A stretch of 64,000 bases of DNA from Verrucomicrobiia bacterium (lineage in GTDB: Bacteria > Verrucomicrobiota > Verrucomicrobiia > Palsa-1439): positions 2,996-66,995 of the forward strand of contig JBKQMH010000188.1 in NCBI GenBank assembly GCA_052146795.1, read 5' to 3'. The notes under the pieces are model-generated. The model did not search any database and was not told the DNA's origin. It saw only the letters and a program-made list of their open reading frames with translations. A program made the translations under genes and the position numbers. This document shows, in pieces, positions 10,646-19,437 of this stretch. Numbering within the stretch: position 1 is the first letter of the stretch; each line of letters starts with the position of its first letter.

Positions 10646-12294
10646 AATTGCCGTTCGAAACGAAGTGGGAACGTGTGTTTGCCATCGCATTAGTGGTGGC
10701 GTGGGCGGCGCTCTTCCTGCCGAACCTGCGCACGAACCCGAACTGGTACGGGGACGAAGGCGAGTGGATGGAGAAAAGTTGGACCTTCATTCATGGCACG
10801 CCGCGGGTCGGCCCAATCATCGACGACTTTGTCTTTCCGTATCCGTATCCACCGCTCTACATGGTGGTGACCGGCACGCTGCTGCGGGTATTTGGCAACG
10901 ATATTGTCGTGGCGCGTGCGTTGGGGGCGGTGACGGCGCTGGCGGCGGGGGCGATTCTGTTCTGGATCGGGACGCGTCTGCGCGACAAACGCTTTGGACT
11001 CCTTTGTGCCGCGGCGTTCCTGGCGTATTCCGAGACCAACGTCAATTTCCGTTGGGTGCGTTCTCATCCGATGGCCGGAACATTGGCGCTGGCATCGGTC
11101 GGATTCCTCATTCGCTACGTCCAGGAGAAGCGCCTCCGCGACGCCATGTGGGCGGGGCTGTTTTGTTCGTTGGCGACGGCCACGAATTATTTCACCTATC
11201 CGTTGATCGGTGCGGTTATCGTGACGGTGGCGGTGGTGAACGGGCGACAGTGGAAATCACCGCGCGTCTGGCGGGACGTCGCGGTGGCGGCAGCCGCAGC
11301 CGTCGCGTACGGCGGGTTGTTTCTGTTGTGGTACAGCGCGGCGCACGGTTGGGAGCAATTGATGACGCAGGTCGGGCGACTGACCAGTGTGGCCAGCAAC
11401 GAGGTTCGCCCGACGGTTGGCGGCGAGGTCGAACGGTTCATCGAGAACGTATGGACTCTTGGCTTCAAGACGCCGACGCAAGGCCCGCCGTTGCCGTGGT
11501 CGGGGCATGATTGGTGGCTCACGGTAGCGACCATCGGGTTTGTGTTCCTGCCGACTCGGGATTGGCGGTTGCGATTGTGGATGCCAGTGTGGTTGCTGGT
11601 GTTGATGTATGGCGTGTTCCAGAAGCTGAACAATGTGCCGCTGTTTTTCTACCCCGCGACGATCTTTCTTCCGCTGATGGCCGTCGGCTTTGCCGGCGTG
11701 CTCGTGTGGGCTGGTGAACTGACCAAACGACTGGCGGTCAAATCCGGTGGAGAGGCAGCGGCGACCATTGCGGTGGTTGTCCTGGCGGGGTTTGCCTGGG
11801 TGTCGGCGACGGGGGCGTGGGGGCATTTCCACACCCGAATCGACATGTGGACGCAGCAATCTGTACCGGACGCCGAAGCGGCGATGGCCTTCGTCAACGC
11901 GCACACGACGAAGGACGACTTTGTGATTGTGCCGAAGCAGATTTATTGGCTGGCGCATTGCGACCGGCGCAGCATGCTGACATTCTGTGCCCGATATGAG
12001 GGGGTGGACAACGATATGCCGGTGCCAGCCCACATTCCCCGCGAGTTGTTTTGGTTCGACTGCCGCCTGGAGCAGGCGAAGTATCTGGTGATGGAATATG
12101 GGGTGGAGCAGCAAATGTTTCCGGACGGACGGGAAGCACGGTTGCCAATTGGCATTGATGCAGTGTATACGTTGGCCCTACGTGGTGTGCGGGAGATTGT
12201 CCAACGCACCCAGGACGAGAAGTGGCCCGTCGTATTTCATCAGGGCGTGTACCTGGTCTTGGCGAACCCGCGGTTGGTGAAGGAGACGCAATAG
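10642..12294 (+). CDS. GT-C (ArnT/PMT-like) membrane glycosyltransferase
   Basis: WYGDEG, YPPLY, multiple TM helices, soluble C-terminal domain. Confidence 0.8.
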   Translation: MKLPFETKWERVFAIALVVAWAALFLPNLRTNPNWYGDEGEWMEKSWTFIHGTPRVGPIIDDFVFPYPYPPLYMVVTGTLLRVFGNDIVVARALGAVTALAAGAILFWIGTRLRDKRFGLLCAAAFLAYSETNVNFRWVRSHPMAGTLALASVGFLIRYVQEKRLRDAMWAGLFCSLATATNYFTYPLIGAVIVTVAVVNGRQWKSPRVWRDVAVAAAAAVAYGGLFLLWYSAAHGWEQLMTQVGRLTSVASNEVRPTVGGEVERFIENVWTLGFKTPTQGPPLPWSGHDWWLTVATIGFVFLPTRDWRLRLWMPVWLLVLMYGVFQKLNNVPLFFYPATIFLPLMAVGFAGVLVWAGELTKRLAVKSGGEAAATIAVVVLAGFAWVSATGAWGHFHTRIDMWTQQSVPDAEAAMAFVNAHTTKDDFVIVPKQIYWLAHCDRRSMLTFCARYEGVDNDMPVPAHIPRELFWFDCRLEQAKYLVMEYGVEQQMFPDGREARLPIGIDAVYTLALRGVREIVQRTQDEKWPVVFHQGVYLVLANPRLVKETQ

Positions 12295-12295
12295 C

Positions 12296-13048
12296 GTGGC
12301 ACAAACCGAACGAACGCTGGTCATTATTCCGACGTACAACGAGAAGGAGAATGTCCGGTCGGTGATCGAATTGGTGTTGGCACAGGCTCCCAGCCTCGAT
12401 GTACTGGTGGTGGATGATAATTCTCCGGATGGCACGGCGAGCATCGTCACCGAGATCGCCCGGGCCAATCCTCGGGTGCAGTTGATAAGCCGCGCCGGCA
12501 AGCTCGGATTGGGCACGGCGTACATTGCGGGGTTTAAATGGGGCCTGTCGCGAGGCTATGCCTGCCTGGTCGAGATGGACGCCGATTTCTCGCACGACCC
12601 GCGCGAGGTCCCCAATATGCAAAAGGCGATGGAGAATGCCGATCTCGTTTTGGGTTCGCGGTACATTGACGGCATACGCGTCGTGAACTGGCCATTGTCC
12701 CGTTTGTTCCTGAGCAAGGGTGCGTCCTATTACGTACGAATTATCACGGGATTGCCCGTGAACGATCCCACGGCCGGCTTCAAGTGTTTCCGTCGTTGCG
12801 TATTGGAAGCGATTGACCTCGACGCGGTCCGCAGCAACGGCTACGCTTTCCAAATCGAAATGACCTACGAGACGTGGATGAAAGGTTTCCGCGTTCGTGA
12901 GATACCGATTACATTTACGGACCGGTATGCCGGCCAGTCCAAAATGTCAGGACACATCGTTCGGGAGGCCCTGTGGATGGTCTGGGTGTTGGCGGTCAAA
13001 CATGGATTTCGGCGAAGGCCCCGTGTTTTACGGAAGTCCGATGGATGA
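12296..13048 (+). CDS. Polyprenol monophosphomannose synthase (DPM1-like GT2)
   Basis: IIPTYNE, VDDNSPDGT, GLGTAY, MDADFSHDP, GYAFQIEM. Confidence 0.92.
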   Translation: MAQTERTLVIIPTYNEKENVRSVIELVLAQAPSLDVLVVDDNSPDGTASIVTEIARANPRVQLISRAGKLGLGTAYIAGFKWGLSRGYACLVEMDADFSHDPREVPNMQKAMENADLVLGSRYIDGIRVVNWPLSRLFLSKGASYYVRIITGLPVNDPTAGFKCFRRCVLEAIDLDAVRSNGYAFQIEMTYETWMKGFRVREIPITFTDRYAGQSKMSGHIVREALWMVWVLAVKHGFRRRPRVLRKSDG

Positions 13049-13090
13049 TCCGGGCCGTCCCCGCACGCGCATAAGACAATCTCCGCAACC

Positions 13091-15652
13091 ATGAGCGATT
13101 CCCCAGTGCCGATCGGGACGACGGAATCCGCGCCATCAATTCCGCAGGCTCACGGGCGGTTCTTCAGTGCCCGCGACTCGATCGCATTCTTGCTGGCGAG
13201 TGTCGTGAGCTTTGCCGTGTATCTGTGCACGCTGGCTCCGGGTGTGACCTTGGAGAACGCGGGTGAGTTACTGACCGCATCGCATAGTCTTGGGGTGCCG
13301 AATCCGCCGGGATACGCGGCATGGACACTTCTCGCCGCGATTTGGCAGCGGATCGTTCCCCTCCACAACATCGCCTGGCGTGTCAACCTGATGTGCGCCC
13401 TCTTGGGGGCCCTGGCTGTCGGCCTGCTGGCGCTGCTCATCTCGAAGAGTGGACGTGTCATGGCGTCCCGCTGCGGATTCTTGCAAGGGCGCGAAACCGG
13501 CGCGGGGCTGGACTGGATCATTCTGGCAAGTTCCGTCTCGGCCGCATGGATGCTGGCGTTTTCCCCGGCGATGTGGTCCCAATCGGTGATCACCGAGGCG
13601 TGGACTCTAAACGTGTTCTTGCTCGTGGCGATCCTTGTGCTCCTCTATCGATGGAGTCTTGAGCCGGAACGTTGCTGGCAGCTGTATCTGGCGGGCTTCC
13701 TGTGGGGCGTCAGCCTCACGAACCACCAGACACTGGTGTTGCTGGCGGTGGCGTTTCCGACGTTCCTGTGGTTCGTCGACCGCGAGTTGGGTCGCGATGT
13801 ATTGGCCCCGATGTTGGCGGTCATCGTATTGGCTGTGGCAAAGATGATCGTGTCCCCCGGCAGCTTGTTCTGGCAGGGAGCGTTTGCCGCTGCCTGGGTC
13901 CTCGGACATGGAGTCGGCGCCGGTGTGTGGCTGCGCTATTTGTGGAAACAGGGCTCCGGGCTGATGAGAATGTGGCGACGGGCGCTCGCGATCTATGCGA
14001 CGGTCGTTCTCGGGATGTCGCTGTACGCCTATGTCCCCCTCTCATCGGCGACCAACCCGCCAATCAACGGGACTTACGGGCATGGTCTGATTACCACGGT
14101 TTACCAAGTTGCGATCAGCCAGTACGAAAGCGTTCATGCCGAACGCAGCCCGCTCCAGTTTTGGGGTCAGATCAATATGTTCTTTGACGACCTCAAATCC
14201 CAGTTCACCATCGTCTACGCGTTGATCGCGCTGCTGGCGATGTTGTTCTACCGGGATCTGGCCCGTGAAGATCGCCGCTGGTTGCTCTTTCTGCTGATCG
14301 CCTTTCTCTTCCTGGCGCTGGATTTGATCTTTTTCTCGAACCCGAGCTTCGAACGACGGAGACAATATCCCGAGCTTGTCAGTTTTCTGCCGTGCCATTG
14401 TTTGTACGCGCTGTGGATCGGCTACGGGTTGATTCTCGGATGCGGAAACCTTGTTTCGGAGAGGCCCTCACCGCGGAAAATAACGGTCCCGTTGGCGGCC
14501 CTCGTTGCGGCATTGCCATTGGCATCGCTCGCCCTCCACTGGGCTGGGTCCGAGCAACACGCCCACGATTTCGGATACCAGTTCGGTTATCTGGTCCTCG
14601 AACCCGGCGGTGGTTATCCCGACATGGACAAAGGCGCAATCCTGCTCGGGGGCGCGGACCAGGGCCGATTCCTGCCGACGTACATGACCGTTGTCGAGAG
14701 CCAGGTGCCGCCATCCGCAAAAACTCAACTGGCGAAGTATCCCGGGAGCGAATCGTTCGACCGCCATGATGTTTACATCATCACGCAAAACGCATTGGCC
14801 GACGGACGCTACCTGAGACGCGTCCGCGATCATTATGGGGCCGATCGCCCCGATTCACGGATTCCGAAAACCGTGAGCGATCTTGCCGTCTGGGAACGCG
14901 CGGTGTTCGAGTTTGGCTGGCGCCATCTGGGGCGCGACACAGCGTATCCGCGGGATCCGATTTGGTTGCCCAATGACGACGATGTCCAGGCCGCCATTCG
15001 TCAGTACGTGGACGAACTCCGAATCCGTCACCCTCTGCCCGGCGAGGAGGTGAAGATCGAAGGCGGCCGCGTCAGCCTCCAAGGCGTCACCAGTGTGATG
15101 GCCGTCAACGGTTATCTGGCGAAGGCGCTCTTTGATCACAATAAAGACCAGCACACGTTCTATGTGGAAGAGAGCTACACGATCCCCTGGATGTATCCGT
15201 ACCTGGAGCCATTCGGCCTCATCTTCCGAATCAACAGGGATCCCATCCCGAAGATTACGCCAAACATGATTGTCCGCGATCGTGCCTGGTGGGATGCTCT
15301 GTTCGAGGATCTCCACAACGATCCACGATTCCAACGCGACGAAGTCGCGCAACGGACCTTCTCCAAACTGCGGTCAACTGTCGGCGGGCTGTATGCCTTC
15401 CGTCTCATCTTTCCCGAGGCGGAGTACGCGTTTCGACAGGCAATCGCGCTTTGTCCGGAAAGTCCCGATGCCAACTTCCGTCTCGCCCAACTCTATGTGG
15501 AATTGGGCCGATTCGACGGTGCCCTCGCCGTCCTCAAGGACTTTGCGAAGCACGACCCGTATAACCCGCGGATTCCCGACTTCATCGATACCGTCCTCAC
15601 CCTCAAGCAACAGTCCATCAATCCGGCGCCGGACCACACGCTCGCGCCCTAA
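13091..15652 (+). CDS. DUF2723/TMEM260-like protein O-glycosyltransferase with C-terminal TPR
   Basis: YLCTLAPGVTLENAGEL...LGVPNPPGY, WSQSVITE, NHQT; C-terminal TPR (AEYAFRQAIALCP). Confidence 0.82.
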   Translation: MSDSPVPIGTTESAPSIPQAHGRFFSARDSIAFLLASVVSFAVYLCTLAPGVTLENAGELLTASHSLGVPNPPGYAAWTLLAAIWQRIVPLHNIAWRVNLMCALLGALAVGLLALLISKSGRVMASRCGFLQGRETGAGLDWIILASSVSAAWMLAFSPAMWSQSVITEAWTLNVFLLVAILVLLYRWSLEPERCWQLYLAGFLWGVSLTNHQTLVLLAVAFPTFLWFVDRELGRDVLAPMLAVIVLAVAKMIVSPGSLFWQGAFAAAWVLGHGVGAGVWLRYLWKQGSGLMRMWRRALAIYATVVLGMSLYAYVPLSSATNPPINGTYGHGLITTVYQVAISQYESVHAERSPLQFWGQINMFFDDLKSQFTIVYALIALLAMLFYRDLAREDRRWLLFLLIAFLFLALDLIFFSNPSFERRRQYPELVSFLPCHCLYALWIGYGLILGCGNLVSERPSPRKITVPLAALVAALPLASLALHWAGSEQHAHDFGYQFGYLVLEPGGGYPDMDKGAILLGGADQGRFLPTYMTVVESQVPPSAKTQLAKYPGSESFDRHDVYIITQNALADGRYLRRVRDHYGADRPDSRIPKTVSDLAVWERAVFEFGWRHLGRDTAYPRDPIWLPNDDDVQAAIRQYVDELRIRHPLPGEEVKIEGGRVSLQGVTSVMAVNGYLAKALFDHNKDQHTFYVEESYTIPWMYPYLEPFGLIFRINRDPIPKITPNMIVRDRAWWDALFEDLHNDPRFQRDEVAQRTFSKLRSTVGGLYAFRLIFPEAEYAFRQAIALCPESPDANFRLAQLYVELGRFDGALAVLKDFAKHDPYNPRIPDFIDTVLTLKQQSINPAPDHTLAP

Positions 15653-15690
15653 GAGCTTTCCATAGCCAGCACGGCACCCCTCGGAGGCAC

Positions 15691-15764
15691 AACGGCAATG
15701 TTCGCCAATCGTCCAAAGCGGGGACTCCTTTTTGCTTTCCTCGCGGCTCCATCAGGGGTTCAAT
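15691..15764 (+). repeat. Copy 1 of dispersed ~74 bp attI/promoter-like leader
   Basis: AACGGCAATG-TTCGCCAATCGTCCAAAGCGGGGACTCCTTTTTGCTTTCCTCGCGGCTCCATCAGGGGTTCAAT; homologous to 16736-16810 and 17788-17862. Confidence 0.9.
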
Positions 15765-15877
15765 GGGTCTCGCGGACTTGACCGGTGCGGAGGCACATCG
15801 TAGCTCTGGGAAGTCAGGTCGGGGAGCTTTCGGAGCTTCCAAGCGGAGTCCATTTTGCCGGCAGCCGTCGAAGGCAT

Positions 15878-16672
15878 ATGAAAAAATGCGCTTACTGCGG
15901 GTTCGATAACGATGACACGGCACGGTATTGCAGCGACTGCGCGTGCAGTCTGGATGGGGTCACCCCTTCGACTCCACCGGCCTCCACGCCCCCTTCAACC
16001 GTTGTTCCGCCCCAACCGCAGCGAATGGTGACATTCCGGAAATATCTGGTCTTGAGCCAGGCCGAGCGTGATAAATCGTTGCTGGAAGCCGCCGGCATTC
16101 CCGTGTTTCTTGCCGGGGAAAACAGTGCTGCTGCTGGTTATGGAACTGTTCTGGGCGAACTACGACTGCAAGTACAGGAAGCCGATGCCGACCGCGCCCG
16201 TCGAGTGCTGGACGAGCATGAAGGATTTGCCCCTCTCCCAGACGACTTCATTCCGCCAGCGGACCCGGCCCGAACAGGGGCTGGATTGGAGACCATGGAA
16301 ACGACCACCAATAGTACGGACGCAGGCAACAAGAACATCCTGATCAGCGTTGTGATCACTCTCTTGGTCGTGGCGGTGGCGATTGCTCTGTACAATCCAC
16401 CGCGGACTTCCAGTCGTGGGGTCAGCGACCGTGATCGCCAAGAATACGAGCAAAGGGTGCAGCGAGCCGAAGCGCTGATGACATCCCAGGAGCAGTCACA
16501 CCAACGGTACGTCGACTTTCTTGCGAAAGCGGAAGGGAACCAGCGGCGTTACGTCGAAGTGCTTACGAAATGGGAAGAGGATCAGCGACGGTTCGAGAAG
16601 ATTCTCGCGACGTGGGAGCAACAACAGCAAGCGTATCAGAAGTACCTGGACAGTCTTGGCAAGAAGCCATGA
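15878..16672 (+). CDS. Zinc-ribbon + DUF2007-like domain fused to a TM/coiled-coil protein (possible fusion of two cassette genes)
   Basis: CAYC..CSDC zinc ribbon; KSLLEAAGIPVFL (DUF2007-like); internal GGAG-ATG at 16295 precedes a TM and 14-aa coiled-coil repeats. Confidence 0.7.
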   Translation: MKKCAYCGFDNDDTARYCSDCACSLDGVTPSTPPASTPPSTVVPPQPQRMVTFRKYLVLSQAERDKSLLEAAGIPVFLAGENSAAAGYGTVLGELRLQVQEADADRARRVLDEHEGFAPLPDDFIPPADPARTGAGLETMETTTNSTDAGNKNILISVVITLLVVAVAIALYNPPRTSSRGVSDRDRQEYEQRVQRAEALMTSQEQSHQRYVDFLAKAEGNQRRYVEVLTKWEEDQRRFEKILATWEQQQQAYQKYLDSLGKKP

Positions 16673-16735
16673 TGTCCGTAGTAAGTGCTCGCTTCAGCCA
16701 GCGCGGCCCCCTGACCGGCAAGCGTGAGAAGTTCA

Positions 16736-16810
16736 AACCGCCAGATTCGCCAATCGTCCAAGTCGGCTACGCCTTTTCTGCTTTCCTCGCGGTTTTGTCC
16801 GAGGTGTAAT
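16736..16810 (+). repeat. Copy 2 of dispersed attI/promoter-like leader
   Basis: AACCGCCAGA-TTCGCCAATCGTCCAAGTCGGCTACGCCTTTTCTGCTTTCCTCGCGGTTTTGTCCGAGGTGTAAT. Confidence 0.88.
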
Positions 16811-16822
16811 GGGGTCGAACAC

Positions 16823-17107
16823 GTGAACTGGAACAGGATTCTTTCAGGGTTGCTGGCGGTGCTCTACGTCGGCGGAGCTTACATGGCCGTAGGCGGCGAA
16901 GGCGCGGCGAAAACTGCGATCTTTGCCATTTTCCCTCTCGCCTGCATCTGGTTTGGGGACGAGATGGGTGGTTACATTGGGCCGACATCAAGTGGGGCCA
17001 TTACAAGTCCGACGCCCGGCTGGCTGGTGTGCATCGGAGGTTGGCTGGTATTACTCTTGCCGGTTCTCATTGGGATTGTGTATGCACTCATGGGTACAGG
17101 AGCCTAA
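16823..17107 (+). CDS. Small membrane protein, cassette-borne
   Basis: GTG start, about 3 TM segments; TAA stop lies inside GCCTAAC (attC R''). Confidence 0.7.
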   Translation: MNWNRILSGLLAVLYVGGAYMAVGGEGAAKTAIFAIFPLACIWFGDEMGGYIGPTSSGAITSPTPGWLVCIGGWLVLLLPVLIGIVYALMGTGA

Positions 17108-17177
17108 CCATGTGCTCCAGCCAACCGCTGCCCGATGCGCGGCTCGCGGTCGCTCGGCTTGACTAAACGGTTCAGCG
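17102..17177 (+). other. attC-like site (degenerate)
   Basis: GCCTAAC-CATGTGCTCCAGCCAACCGC...GCGGTCGCTCGGCTTGACTAAACG-GTTCAGC: RYYYAAC start, imperfect palindrome, GTT end. Confidence 0.7.
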
Positions 17178-17182
17178 AGGGA

Positions 17183-17647
17183 ATGAAACGAGTCACTCAA
17201 ATTCTTATCTCACCGTCGCCGGCGTCTGCCATGCAGCCGACGCAAGAGGTTCGGGCCGTTCCCGGCAAGGGTCTGGTGGGAGACCGGTATTTTTCCGGTG
17301 CAGGGACCTTTTCCCCGCATCCGCAAAAGCCCGATTTCGAAATCACATTCATCGAACGCGAAAAGATCGAGGCGTTCGCTCGCGACTCGGGCCTCGCGTT
17401 TACAGCGGCGCACGCGAGACGGAACATTGTGACGGAAGGGGTCGACCTGAATGAACTGGCCGGCAGAGAGTTCTTGGTCGGGGAAGTGCGCATACGCGGC
17501 ATTCGCCTCTGTGAACCCTGTAATTATCTGGCCAAAGCTTCCTTTCCGGAAATCTTGAAAGGACTCGTCAATAAAGGCGGGTTACGAGCCCAAATCCTTT
17601 CGGAAGGCGTCATTCACGTGGGGGATTGCATCGAGGATATGGCGTGA
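17183..17647 (+). CDS. MOSC domain protein, cassette-borne
   Basis: GLVGDRY, RRNIVTEGVDLN, CEPC, GGLRAQIL..G.I..GD. Confidence 0.88.
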   Translation: MKRVTQILISPSPASAMQPTQEVRAVPGKGLVGDRYFSGAGTFSPHPQKPDFEITFIEREKIEAFARDSGLAFTAAHARRNIVTEGVDLNELAGREFLVGEVRIRGIRLCEPCNYLAKASFPEILKGLVNKGGLRAQILSEGVIHVGDCIEDMA

Positions 17648-17787
17648 ATGCCGTGACAAATCCACAGGTGACGCACAATGGCCGGCACTGGCAGGGGGCG
17701 AGTTTGTTCGGCAGATCCTTGCACGAGTGAAATCACATGGTCACAGTGCCGCCAGACCAGTGCGCTCTGGCGAACCGCCGCTAATCA

Positions 17788-17876
17788 AACCGCAATTTTC
17801 GCCAATCGTCCAGAGCGGGGACTCCTTTTGTGCTTTCCTCGCGGTTCCATCAGAGGTCTAATACATGTTAGGCGCA
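17788..17876 (+). repeat. Copy 3 of leader, ending in an attI-like core (CTAATACAT-GTTAGGC)
   Basis: Repeat 17788-17862 runs directly into GTTAGGCGCA (17867-17876), the GTTRRRY integron core. Confidence 0.85.
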
Positions 17877-17894
17877 AGAGCATCTTCCGCGAGA

Positions 17895-18626
17895 ATGAAC
17901 ACACAGACTCCTACACTGACGCCACAAGAAGCCGCCATCAGGCGCGGACGCTTCCTTGAGTATCTTAGCGTAGCCTGGATGGTAGTCGAGGCCGCGGTCG
18001 GCATTGCTTCGGGTATTCTCGCAGGCAGCATCGCGCTAGTCGGCTTCGGCGCTGATTCGGTTATCGAGGTTTTTTCTAGTGCTGTGCTCCTTTGGCGGTT
18101 GCGCGAAGGCTCGATGGGACAGGAGCGCGAGCATACAGCCCTCAAGCTCGTCGGCGTCAGCTTTTTCGCATTGGCGGCTTATGTCACGTTCGGCGCGATT
18201 CGCGACTTGGCTCTGCGTCACCACCCGGAAGTCAGCTATATCGGCATCACGCTTGCGGTCGTCGCTCTCGTGGCGATGCCCTTGCTGGCACGAGCCAAGC
18301 GCCGCGTGGCCGCGAGCTTGCAGAGTCGCGCAATGCACGCGGACTCACGTCAGTCTGATTTCTGTGCTTATCTATCCGGTATTCTTCTCGGTGGACTTAT
18401 CCTTAACGCCTTCTTTCGCTGGTGGTGGGCCGACCCCGCGGCAGCACTCGTCATGGTGGTACTCATGCTCCGAGAGGGTGTTCAGGCATTTCGCGGAGAG
18501 ACCTGTTGCAATTCAACGCATGCGCCTAACCATACGATGCCGCTAACCGACTCCGCGCCTCACGCCGACTGCTGCAAACCCGCAGACCCACCGGCAGCCG
18601 ACGCGCCGCGCTCCGCCGGTGGCTGA
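17895..18626 (+). CDS. Cation diffusion facilitator-like (TMEM163-like) transporter, cassette-borne; C-terminus reads through attC
   Basis: GSIALVGFGADSVIEV, AMHADSRQS, WWADP; bounded by GTTAGGCGCA (17867) and TGCGCCTAAC (18521). Confidence 0.85.
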   Translation: MNTQTPTLTPQEAAIRRGRFLEYLSVAWMVVEAAVGIASGILAGSIALVGFGADSVIEVFSSAVLLWRLREGSMGQEREHTALKLVGVSFFALAAYVTFGAIRDLALRHHPEVSYIGITLAVVALVAMPLLARAKRRVAASLQSRAMHADSRQSDFCAYLSGILLGGLILNAFFRWWWADPAAALVMVVLMLREGVQAFRGETCCNSTHAPNHTMPLTDSAPHADCCKPADPPAADAPRSAGG

Positions 18627-18734
18627 ACCTGTACTCGATGTTCAGGACGTCAACGCCGATTGCGCCTTCGGTTCCGCTTTCGTGGGCTTGCGTTTTGTTT
18701 CGGCGTGGCTGAGATTTGGTCGGTTGGGCGTCTC
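18521..18734 (+). other. Composite/degenerate attC region (left arm of one attC plus right arm of another)
   Basis: Starts TGCGCCTAAC; ends CGGCGTGGCTGAGATTTGGTCG-GTTGGGCGTCTC. Confidence 0.7.
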
Positions 18735-18748
18735 ACGTGCATCTTCGA

Positions 18749-19366
18749 ATGAACCGTCAGGAACATTGGAATCAGGTTTACCAGACCAAAGGGTCTCAGG
18801 ATGTGAGTTGGTATCAGCGCCGCCCAGACTTCTCGCTGGCGCTCATCGCAGCATCTGGCGTGAGCAAGAATACAGGCATAATTGACGTTGGCGGCGGCGC
18901 ATCCACCCTCGTTGATTTTCTGCTCGATGACGGTTACACGCGGCTTGCGGTGCTCGACCTGTCCGGTGTCGCACTGAGTCACAGTCGCTCACGGCTTGGG
19001 GAGCAAGCAGGCGCAGTCGAGTGGTTCGAGGCAGACGTGACATCATTCGAGCCGCGGCATCGTTTCGGCCTGTGGCATGACCGAGCCGTGTTTCATTTCC
19101 TGACGGCAGCAGACGACCGTCGCAGATACGTTGCGACGCTGCGGCGAACTTTGCAACCGGGCGGCACAGTTGTGATTTCCACTTTCGCGCCGGATGGCCC
19201 ACCGAAGTGCAGCGGTCTTGATGTCATGCGTTACGATGAGCAGACCATCCTCACGGAGTTGGGCGCGGAGTTTCAGCTTCAGGAGGTTCGCCGTGAAATC
19301 CACGTGACACCTTGGCAGTCCGAGCAGCGTTTTATTTACTTTCGGTTTCGGTTGCAGAGCACATGA
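18749..19366 (+). CDS. Class I SAM-dependent methyltransferase (TPMT-like), cassette-borne
   Basis: HWNQVY..K..VSWYQ, IIDVGGGAS, WHDRAVFHFL; bounded by GTTGGGCGTCTC (18723) and GAGACGCCTAAC (19369). Confidence 0.9.
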   Translation: MNRQEHWNQVYQTKGSQDVSWYQRRPDFSLALIAASGVSKNTGIIDVGGGASTLVDFLLDDGYTRLAVLDLSGVALSHSRSRLGEQAGAVEWFEADVTSFEPRHRFGLWHDRAVFHFLTAADDRRRYVATLRRTLQPGGTVVISTFAPDGPPKCSGLDVMRYDEQTILTELGAEFQLQEVRREIHVTPWQSEQRFIYFRFRLQST

Positions 19367-19368
19367 AA

Positions 19369-19437
19369 GAGACGCCTAACAAGTTTGCCCCAGCGCACTG
19401 CCGCCATGCCTCTCCGCCAAACGCTGTGCCGGAACTC
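19369..19437 (+). other. Truncated attC-like site
   Basis: GAGACGCCTAAC R'' followed by a partial arm, ending at the convergent gene. Confidence 0.6.

Noticed and set aside
15691-17862. CRISPR array interpretation of the three repeats
   Set aside because: Repeats are ~65-75 bp, divergent and separated by ~1 kb of genes; no cas genes in the window.
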